From: Chitinophagales bacterium
GTDB lineage: Bacteria; Bacteroidota; Bacteroidia; Chitinophagales; JADIYW01
DNA length: 64,000 bases
Assembly: GCA_046329775.1 (NCBI GenBank)
Contig: JAXLTX010000002.1
Location: 449,567 to 513,566, forward strand
Reading direction: 5' to 3'
Of the stretch, positions 56,919-64,000 are shown in pieces. A model generated the notes under the pieces. The model saw nothing but the letters and a program-made list of their open reading frames with translations. It did not search any database and was not told where the DNA came from. The position numbers and the translations under genes were made by a program. Every line of letters begins with the position of its first letter. Position 1 is the stretch's first letter.

Positions 56919-57662
56919 ATGCAGGAAACCGTCATATATACCAATAAACTAACGAAACGATTCGGCGATTTCATTGCAGCCAACGAGTTATCCTTTGAAG
57001 TCTGCAAGGGTGAAATATTCGGATTTCTGGGTGCAAACGGTGCCGGAAAAACCACCGCCATGCGCATGCTTTGCGGGCTGCTGAAACCATCATCGGGGGA
57101 GGCAAAAGTCAGTGGCTTTGACATCTACAGAGAAACAGAAATGATCAAGAGGAACATCGGTTATATGAGCCAGCGCTTTTCCTTGTATGATAATCTGACC
57201 GTAAAGGAAAATATCCGATTCTACGCAGGCATTTATGGCATGAGCAATAAGGAAATCGCCTTAAAGACAGATGAACTGCTGACAGAACTGGAGTTACAAA
57301 ACGAAACCAAAACACTGGTTAGTGCATTGCCGCTGGGCTGGAAACAAAAACTGGCCTTTTCGGTCGCAATGGTACATAGCCCCAAAATCATTTTTCTGGA
57401 TGAACCCACCGGAGGCGTAGATCCGGTGACACGCCGTCAATTCTGGGACCTGATCTATCGTGCCGCAGACAATGGGGTCACGATTTTTGTAACGACACAT
57501 TATATGGATGAAGCGGAGTATTGCAACAGGGTATCAATCATGGTGGATGGAGTGATTGCGGCATTGGATAGCCCTTCTGCGCTGAAACAACAATTCAGTG
57601 TTCCAACCATGCAGGATGTATTTTATCAATTGGCCCGAAACGCAACACGCGCGCAGGGATAA
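56919..57662 (+). CDS. ABC transporter ATP-binding protein (second of two)
   Basis: Walker A GANGAGKTT, degenerate signature LPLGWKQKL, Walker B IIFLDEPTGGVD. Confidence 0.9.
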   Translation: MQETVIYTNKLTKRFGDFIAANELSFEVCKGEIFGFLGANGAGKTTAMRMLCGLLKPSSGEAKVSGFDIYRETEMIKRNIGYMSQRFSLYDNLTVKENIRFYAGIYGMSNKEIALKTDELLTELELQNETKTLVSALPLGWKQKLAFSVAMVHSPKIIFLDEPTGGVDPVTRRQFWDLIYRAADNGVTIFVTTHYMDEAEYCNRVSIMVDGVIAALDSPSALKQQFSVPTMQDVFYQLARNATRAQG

Positions 57663-57672
57663 AACAGCACAA

Positions 57673-58773
57673 ATGAAACAACTATTCATATTCATACGAA
57701 AAGAGTTCTGGCATGTGTTCCGCGACAAGAAAACATTGCTGATGCTGTTCGGCCTTCCGATCACACAAATCATCTTATTTGGCTTCGCATTGAGTAACGA
57801 AATCAGGGATTCCAAAATCGTTATTGCAGATTATTCCAAGGATAACATAACAACCAAAATCATCAATAAGATTGAGGCGAGCAATTATTTTGATGTGGAG
57901 CGCAACCTGAGAAGCGCCCGGGAACTGGATGCTGACTTCAAGAAAGGGAAAGTGAAACTCGGCATCATCTTCCCGGCAAATTTTGAAGAAGATCTGCTGC
58001 ATACCAATAAGGCTACGGTACAGATCATTGCAGACGCATCCGACCCGAATCAGGCGACCATGGTATCGAATTATGTAACGCAAATCATCAATGATTACAA
58101 CCTGTCGATGGCAGCCATGCAGCCTTTGCAAATCACGGCAGAAATGCGCATGCTCTACAATCCGGAACTGAAAGGTTCCACCAACTTCGTTCCTGGTGTG
58201 ATGGCACTGGTACTCATGCTGGTGTGTACCATGATGACAAGCGCAGCTATCGTAAAGGAAAAAGAAATGGGAACGATGGAAGTCCTGCTCGTTTCTCCGT
58301 TCAAACCGAGGGATATCATCATTTCAAAACTGACACCCTATCTGCTGATTTCCATTATGAACTTAGGCATCATCCTGATACTGAGTGTTACATTTTTAGA
58401 CCTGGAAATAAGAGGCAGCCTGATTTTGCTGATATTGGAAAGTATCCTGTTTATCCTGACCTCCCTGTCCGTTGGTTTGTTAATATCGATTAATGCAGAC
58501 ACACAGCAGTCTGCCATGATGATTTCCCTGATGGGCATGATGCTTCCTACCATCTTGCTGACCGGATTCATGTTTCCGGTGGAGAACATGCCGGCACCGC
58601 TACAATGGATGGCGAATTTAGTGCCGGCACGCTGGTATTTCATCATCATCAAAAAAATAATGCTGAAAGGCTTGGGCTTCCGTGCCGTTTGGAAAGAGAC
58701 GCTTATCCTTACAGGCATGATGGCCTTTTTATTTACGGTAAGCTTGAGAAAATTTAAAACCCGACTGGAATGA
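57673..58773 (+). CDS. ABC-2 type transporter permease
   Basis: ORF 57598..58773; the ATG at 57673 (MKQLFIFIRKEFWHVFRDKKTL) follows the upstream stop. It has a large periplasmic loop then about five TM helices, the YbhS/YbhR-like topology. Confidence 0.85.
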   Translation: MKQLFIFIRKEFWHVFRDKKTLLMLFGLPITQIILFGFALSNEIRDSKIVIADYSKDNITTKIINKIEASNYFDVERNLRSARELDADFKKGKVKLGIIFPANFEEDLLHTNKATVQIIADASDPNQATMVSNYVTQIINDYNLSMAAMQPLQITAEMRMLYNPELKGSTNFVPGVMALVLMLVCTMMTSAAIVKEKEMGTMEVLLVSPFKPRDIIISKLTPYLLISIMNLGIILILSVTFLDLEIRGSLILLILESILFILTSLSVGLLISINADTQQSAMMISLMGMMLPTILLTGFMFPVENMPAPLQWMANLVPARWYFIIIKKIMLKGLGFRAVWKETLILTGMMAFLFTVSLRKFKTRLE

Positions 58774-59885
58774 GGACGCTACTATTTTTACTGGAAAAAG
58801 AGTTCAGGCAACTGATGCGAAACAAGCAGCTGATCAACATCCTGCTGATTGCTCCTGTCATGCAACTGGTGCTGTTACCGCAGGCGGCGGATTTCACCAT
58901 CAAGAACATACACATTGCAGTGGTGGATAATGACCACAGTTCGACATCACAAAAGATGATTCATAAGATAACGGCATCAGGTTACTTTAAACTCAGCGGA
59001 TATACAGACACCTATCAAAAAGGTCTGGAAATGATTGAAGACGAGAAAGCTGATTTACTGCTACAGATACCCGCTAACTTTGAAAGGAATCTAGTACGTG
59101 AAAATCACAATCAGGTGTTTGTGGCACTGGATGCAATTCTGGGTACCAAAGCAAACTTAGGCGGCACTTATCTTGCACAGATTCTGCGGGATTTCAACAA
59201 TGACATCCGGCTTAACTGGATAACGCCACCCAATACGGCAACCCCGCAAATATCGGTAGCCAATTACTACTGGTATAACCCGTTTTTTGATTACCATCTG
59301 TACATCGTTCCTGCCATCCTGGTATCGCTCATCACATCCATTTCCTCACTACAGGCAGGTTTGAATATTGTATTGGAAAAGGAGAATGGCACCATCGAGC
59401 AAATCAATGTATCACCTATCAAGAAACACATCTTTATTTTAGGGAAACTGATTCCATTCCTGGTATTAGGTATCGTTTTGTTTTCTTTGGGGATGTTTAC
59501 AGGATGGGTGGTCTATGGGGTGGCACCTGTTGGGAAGCTATATGTATTATTCATCGCACTGATTGCTTACTTGTTTACGATGTTGGGGATGGGCTTGCTC
59601 ATTTCCACCTACTCCGGTACACAACAGCAGGCGATGTCGCTGGCATTTTTCTTCATCAATATATTCAATATCCTGAGCGGTTCTTTCAACTCGGTGGACA
59701 GCATGCCGCATTGGGCACAGGTGCTGGTGGAATTTTTCCCGCCCAGTCATTTCATCAAGATCATGCGCATGGTATGCATGAAAGGCAGCGGTCTGTCTGA
59801 CATCAGCTACCATCTGTTCATCTTATTTCTGATCGGCACCGTACTGAATGTATGGGCTGTGTTGAATTACCGAAAAACTGTATGA
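58770..59885 (+). CDS. ABC-2 type transporter permease (paralog)
   Basis: MRTLLFLLEKEFRQLMRNKQL. It has the same topology as the upstream permease and an ATGA start/stop overlap at 58770..58773. Confidence 0.85.
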   Translation: MRTLLFLLEKEFRQLMRNKQLINILLIAPVMQLVLLPQAADFTIKNIHIAVVDNDHSSTSQKMIHKITASGYFKLSGYTDTYQKGLEMIEDEKADLLLQIPANFERNLVRENHNQVFVALDAILGTKANLGGTYLAQILRDFNNDIRLNWITPPNTATPQISVANYYWYNPFFDYHLYIVPAILVSLITSISSLQAGLNIVLEKENGTIEQINVSPIKKHIFILGKLIPFLVLGIVLFSLGMFTGWVVYGVAPVGKLYVLFIALIAYLFTMLGMGLLISTYSGTQQQAMSLAFFFINIFNILSGSFNSVDSMPHWAQVLVEFFPPSHFIKIMRMVCMKGSGLSDISYHLFILFLIGTVLNVWAVLNYRKTV

Positions 59886-59917
59886 TTCGAGTAAGATTAT
59901 TTTTCTATTTTTAGCGC

Positions 59918-60496
59918 ATGAATAAGAACAGACTGGAGGCTTTCAGCGACGGTGTCATCGCCATTATCATTACCATCATGGTACTGGAACTGAAAATGCC
60001 GCACAGCGCGGAATGGGCCGCATTAAAAGAGTTGATTCCGATATTCCTCAGTTATGTACTCAGTTTCATATATGTAGGAATCTATTGGGATAACCATCAT
60101 CATCTATTGCACGCTACCAAACATATCAGCGCGGGTATCATGTGGTCCAATCTGAACATGCTTTTTTGGCTGTCACTAGTACCGTTTGCCACCGCCTGGA
60201 TGGGCGAAAATCATTTTGCCACCAACACAGTCGTATTATATGCCATTCTGCTGCTGCTTTGTGGGTTCTCTTACATGGTTCTACAAAATGCCATCACCGG
60301 CTGTCATAAGATGGATGCTCAACTGGTACGCGCACTGGAAAGAACACGTATAAAGGGATATATATCAATAATCAGCTATGCTTTGGCGGTGGGCATTGCC
60401 TTTCTTAACCCGATGCTATCTTGCGGTATCTTTGCCGCTGTGGCGGTTGCATGGCTGATACCGGATAAAAATATTGAGAGAGCCTTAAAAGAATAA
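59918..60496 (+). CDS. TMEM175-family potassium channel homolog (DUF1211)
   Basis: The signature first helix is RLEAFSDGVIAIIITIMVLE. It has six predicted TM segments in 192 aa. Confidence 0.8.
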   Translation: MNKNRLEAFSDGVIAIIITIMVLELKMPHSAEWAALKELIPIFLSYVLSFIYVGIYWDNHHHLLHATKHISAGIMWSNLNMLFWLSLVPFATAWMGENHFATNTVVLYAILLLLCGFSYMVLQNAITGCHKMDAQLVRALERTRIKGYISIISYALAVGIAFLNPMLSCGIFAAVAVAWLIPDKNIERALKE

Positions 60497-60516
60497 CTTA
60501 AGAGTGGTCGGCCATA

Positions 60517-61392
60517 TCAGACGGATGCCTGTAACATCCTGTTTTTCCCTGCTAAATCTTTTATTAGTTGTACGTACCTGAACCCTTTTCTTTCCAGCAA
60601 CGACTTCACTTGATTTGCATTAAATTCATTCAGTTCGAAATACAATTTACCATGCCGGTTAAGATGCTCCAACGCAAAATCTGCAATCTTATCGTAAAAC
60701 AATAAAGGCTGCGCATTCTCTACAAACAGCGCCAGGTCTGGTTCATAACGAACAGTGGAAACAGACATCAGTTCCCGTTCATGATACGGAATATAGGGCG
60801 GATTACTGACGATAATATCCAGCTTTAAAGGGGTTGCATCTTCCGTCTCCATATACAACCTTGTGTCTACAAAAAAATCGGTGGAAGGCAATATGTCATG
60901 ATGATAGAATTCGATCTCTGTGTGATTCTTCAGGGCGTTTACCTTGGCCACTTCCAGTGCATTCTCACTGATATCAATGGCAAAAACACTCCAGTCTGGT
61001 CTGTTCATTTTCAGAGCTATGGCAATACAGCCGCTGCCGGTGCCAATGTCAAGTACGGCGGATTTATCCTGTTTGTTTTCAGACAAAATCAGATGCACCA
61101 ACTCCTCCGTTTCGGGTCTTGGAATCAGCACACTCTCGTCCACGAAAAAATCCAGTCCGTAAAAGTGCGCTCTGTTGAAAATATACTGTATAGGGTAATG
61201 ATTGGATATCTTTTCAAAAATAAAATTCAACTCTTCGATTTCATCGTCGTTCAGGTCATAATCCTTAATATCAAAATATCTTTTCTTGAAATAATCTTCC
61301 AGACCATATTTGAAAAGGTTCTCCGTCTCTCTTGCGTCGAATGATTCGGCAAGCATGGGAAGAATGATATTTTTGTAGTGTTGTACGTTCAA
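60517..61392 (-). CDS. prmC: peptide chain release factor N5-glutamine methyltransferase
   Basis: SAM site VLDIGTGSGCIAIAL and catalytic IVSNPPYIP (NPPY). The called start is a TTG; the first in-frame ATG (61356) would remove part of the conserved N-terminal helix. Confidence 0.85.
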   Translation of the reverse strand: MNVQHYKNIILPMLAESFDARETENLFKYGLEDYFKKRYFDIKDYDLNDDEIEELNFIFEKISNHYPIQYIFNRAHFYGLDFFVDESVLIPRPETEELVHLILSENKQDKSAVLDIGTGSGCIAIALKMNRPDWSVFAIDISENALEVAKVNALKNHTEIEFYHHDILPSTDFFVDTRLYMETEDATPLKLDIIVSNPPYIPYHERELMSVSTVRYEPDLALFVENAQPLLFYDKIADFALEHLNRHGKLYFELNEFNANQVKSLLERKGFRYVQLIKDLAGKNRMLQASV

Positions 61393-61486
61393 TTTTGTAT
61401 TTTTACGCGTTCATCCTGTGCAGCTGACAGGACGGTTATGATATCTAAGTCTAAAGATGCTGAAATAAATTCAGCATGGCAACAGT

Positions 61487-62524
61487 ATGGATAAGAATTT
61501 TATATACATGAGGCGTTGTTTTCAACTGGCTAAGTTGGGCGAGAGCTTTGTCGCTCCGAACCCGATGGTGGGCGCCGTGCTGGTGCATGAGGACACCATC
61601 ATCGGAGAAGGTTACCATCAGCGTTTCGGAGAAGCCCATGCGGAAGTGAACTGCCTGAACAGCGTCATCGACGATAACAGACATCTTATCTCCCAATCAA
61701 CCTTATATGTCAGCCTGGAACCCTGCGCCCATTATGGCAAAACTCCACCTTGTGCCGATTTAATCATCAGACATCAGATACCTAGGGTGGTGATTTCCGT
61801 ACAGGATAATTTCCATGAAGTGGACGGAAAAGGCATTGAACGATTAAAAGCAAATAACATTGAAGTCATCACCGGAATTCTGGAAGAAGAAGGAAAAGAA
61901 CTGATAAAACATTTCCTGTTTTTTCATCAATACAAACGTCCTTATGTGACATTGAAGTTTGCGCAAACAAAAGACGGATATATCGGCATTAAAAATCAGG
62001 AACTGAAAATATCCAATGAGTATACCAAAAGATATGTGCATCAGCTACGTGCCGGGCATCAGTCAATATTAGTCGGGAAAAATACGGTTTTATCAGACAA
62101 TCCTGAATTGACAGTCCGTCTCGCTAAAGGAAAAAATCCTGTTAGAATTGTTGTAGGAAAGTCCGATGATTTCCCAGCTGAGTTCAACATCTTTAATGAT
62201 AAAGCCAAAACAATATTCTTGTCGGATATCGACGACCGACCGTTGACGGTCGACCATATTCTGACTCAACTCTATGATAAAGATATTATCTCCGTTTTAG
62301 TGGAAGGAGGTGCGGAAGTGCTGCAGCAATTCATAGACAGTGATACATGGAACGAAGCCCATGTGATCACAAGCGACAAAACCATTGAGGAGCTTTCGGC
62401 AACGGACAACCCGCAGAAGTACATCAAGGCTCCAGAAATACATGGCGAGCACCTCAACAGCATCCAATCTGAAAACGATACTATTCAACTTATAAAAAAT
62501 CCAAATGTTCTATTTAATACTTAG
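61487..62524 (+). CDS. ribD: bifunctional riboflavin biosynthesis protein RibD (pyrimidine deaminase / uracil reductase)
   Basis: Deaminase zinc motifs GEAHAEVNCL and EPCAHYGKTPPC. The C-terminal reductase domain is KFAQTKDGYIG...VRIVVG...VLVEGGAEVL. Confidence 0.9.
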   Translation: MDKNFIYMRRCFQLAKLGESFVAPNPMVGAVLVHEDTIIGEGYHQRFGEAHAEVNCLNSVIDDNRHLISQSTLYVSLEPCAHYGKTPPCADLIIRHQIPRVVISVQDNFHEVDGKGIERLKANNIEVITGILEEEGKELIKHFLFFHQYKRPYVTLKFAQTKDGYIGIKNQELKISNEYTKRYVHQLRAGHQSILVGKNTVLSDNPELTVRLAKGKNPVRIVVGKSDDFPAEFNIFNDKAKTIFLSDIDDRPLTVDHILTQLYDKDIISVLVEGGAEVLQQFIDSDTWNEAHVITSDKTIEELSATDNPQKYIKAPEIHGEHLNSIQSENDTIQLIKNPNVLFNT

Positions 62525-63389
62525 CATACTTTGTTCCACCTCCTTAGTCATTATTCTGCGCCTGTTTTCAAACTGGAATATTAAAACGCCGCACGGTATA
62601 GTGTTCAATTATTTAGTTTGCTGCATTACAGGTTTACTGTTAACAGAACAGTTGCCTAGCGCTGCAGAATATTTCAGCTGGAACGGATGGTATGCCTGCC
62701 TACTGCTGGGGACCTTATTTTATACGGTGTTCAACATTACAGGAAAGGCGACCGGCATTCTGGGCGTAGCAACGACAAGTTTACTATTTAAAATCTCCTT
62801 CATTATCACAGTAATCGTTGCTATGATTTTTTTAGGTGATCTGATAACCTGGAACAAAATCCTTGGAATCCTATTTGCCTTGCTTGCAGTCTTTCTCATC
62901 ACATACTCCAACGACAAAAACGAAAATACCAATACGGCTAGTGAAAAAAAGAGCTACATCCTGATGTGCTTATTTGTCTTTTTGGGAAGTGGTGCCTGTG
63001 ATACGGGTTTCAACCTGATACGCTTAAATTTAATCCCCGTACATCTGGAACACATTGCGACGGTGACCATCTTTTTGGGTGCTTTCCTTTCCAGTTTCCT
63101 GTTCAACCTGAGAGATAGATCTTTATTCCAATGGAAAAATCTGCTTGGCGGTTTGCTGTTAGGCATCCCAAACTATGGTTCTTTGTATTTCTGGATTCAG
63201 GCATTGAAAGTTTTAAAGATAAGATTCAACTGGGATTCCTCTACCTTATTTCCTATCAATAATATCGGAGTTGTCTGTTTATCTGCTTTGATTGGGTTTC
63301 TGCTGTTCAAAGAAACTTTTTCCATGCGAAAATTAATAGGATTCATTTTGGCGGTTGCCAGCATAATCATTATCGGTTTTTTAAACTAA
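62505..63389 (+). CDS. DMT-superfamily (EamA-like) membrane transporter
   Basis: About 10 hydrophobic segments in two halves, 294 aa. It overlaps the ribD 3' end by 20 nt. Confidence 0.65.
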   Translation: MFYLILSILCSTSLVIILRLFSNWNIKTPHGIVFNYLVCCITGLLLTEQLPSAAEYFSWNGWYACLLLGTLFYTVFNITGKATGILGVATTSLLFKISFIITVIVAMIFLGDLITWNKILGILFALLAVFLITYSNDKNENTNTASEKKSYILMCLFVFLGSGACDTGFNLIRLNLIPVHLEHIATVTIFLGAFLSSFLFNLRDRSLFQWKNLLGGLLLGIPNYGSLYFWIQALKVLKIRFNWDSSTLFPINNIGVVCLSALIGFLLFKETFSMRKLIGFILAVASIIIIGFLN

Positions 63390-63392
63390 ACA

Positions 63393-63995
63393 TTGTATTC
63401 TTATTTTACCATACAACCCGCTGAAGCAATTCTTTATAAAGATAAAGCGAGTAAGTTCATAGGTTACGCCTACCCTGTAAAAAATGAAACGGAGATAAAG
63501 GAAAGACTGGACCATCTGCGCGTCCTGCACCCCAAAGCCACACATCATTGTTATGCCTACAGACTCGGACTTGATAAAAATAATTACCGTGCGAATGATG
63601 ACGGAGAGCCGAACGGCACGGCGGGAAAGCCTATATTAGGCCAGATAGATTCCTTCGGCATTACCAATTGCCTCATTGTGGTGGTACGCTATTTCGGAGG
63701 CACCAAACTCGGCGTATCCGGACTTATCGATGCCTACAGGGAATGCGCGAAAGAAACCATCGAAGCGACTGTCATTACAGAACAACGGATTCTCGATTAT
63801 TATCATTTAAGATGCGCTTACGAATCCATCAATAAAATCTATCAGATCATCAACAATAGCAGGGCCAGCATCATCGAGCAACAGCTGGACAATACATCTG
63901 TATTTACCATTTCTGTGGAGCAGGAAAAATCCGCCTTACTGGAAAGCAGGCTGACGGAGGAACGAATTGATCATTCCTTTATCGAGCGGAAATGA
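63393..63995 (+). CDS. yigZ: YigZ / IMPACT-family protein (UPF0029)
   Basis: KDKASKFIGYAYPV...THHCYAYRLG...NDDGEPNGTAGKPILGQI...VVVRYFGGTKLG matches the YigZ N-terminal domain. The start codon is a TTG at 63393. Confidence 0.8.
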   Translation: MYSYFTIQPAEAILYKDKASKFIGYAYPVKNETEIKERLDHLRVLHPKATHHCYAYRLGLDKNNYRANDDGEPNGTAGKPILGQIDSFGITNCLIVVVRYFGGTKLGVSGLIDAYRECAKETIEATVITEQRILDYYHLRCAYESINKIYQIINNSRASIIEQQLDNTSVFTISVEQEKSALLESRLTEERIDHSFIERK

Positions 63996-64000
63996 ACAAT

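Noticed and set aside
61393-61486. A possible FMN riboswitch upstream of ribD.
   Set aside because: The spacer is only 94 nt. I could not find the conserved FMN-aptamer core segments; only a simple hairpin is present.
1-64000. A window-wide look for CRISPR arrays, transposases, integrases, phage modules, rRNA genes and additional tRNAs.
   Set aside because: I found no regularly spaced direct repeats and no recognisable recombinase or transposase motifs in any listed ORF. Only one GGTTCGAATCC-type T-arm (the tRNA-Cys) turned up by eye. The absence of small ncRNAs cannot be proven without covariance-model scans.

Overview
This 64-kb window looks like chromosomal DNA from a member of the Bacteroidota. 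The evidence is four secreted proteins with T9SS type-A C-terminal sorting domains, a lipoprotein-type Omp85 protein (TamL-like), TAnnTTTG-type -7 promoter boxes, many SpII lipoboxes, and moderate GC judged by eye. All calls rest on motif recognition in the supplied translations and my own reading of the DNA; no database search was possible.

I support about 57 protein genes, one tRNA-Cys(GCA), several intrinsic terminators and a few candidate promoters or operators.

- **Housekeeping:** aroC, folB, ribD, prmC, dnaB, recJ, lptB, a polyprenyl synthase, a TrmH-family methyltransferase, cinA and rlpA.
- **Acyl-CoA metabolism:** a 2-oxoacid dehydrogenase E2, a family III CoA-transferase, an enoyl-CoA hydratase, a glutaryl-CoA dehydrogenase type enzyme, a hotdog thioesterase and a MutA-like protein.
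- **Envelope and secreted proteins:** two OmpA-family proteins, a TamL-like protein, an M23 peptidase, a PHB-depolymerase-family esterase, an FG-GAP protein, a beta-helix protein and a PafA-like phosphatase.
- **Efflux operon:** one seven-gene operon of TetR, TolC, HlyD, two ABC ATPases and two ABC-2 permeases.
- **Accessory module:** the only clear one is a RES/Xre type II toxin-antitoxin pair wedged between lptB and a CDF transporter gene.

I see no CRISPR array, transposase, integrase, phage genes or obvious defence island. I cannot honestly point to a convincing new multi-gene system.

The most unusual observations are:
- a helically phased, same-orientation array of TTATCA-core motifs in the AT-rich spacer upstream of dnaB, which coincides with a switch in gene-strand bias (candidate origin or multi-site regulatory platform);
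- a 1229-aa OmpA/TolB-like protein carrying a roughly 600-aa disordered and coiled-coil insert with a recurring LQQKLDELKKQQ motif;
- a beta-helix protein ending in a polybasic Cys-Cys tail;
- a PSP1/RicT homolog with a 100-aa Q/N-rich tail;
- back-to-back start codons 3 bp apart for the trmH-like and tamL-like genes.
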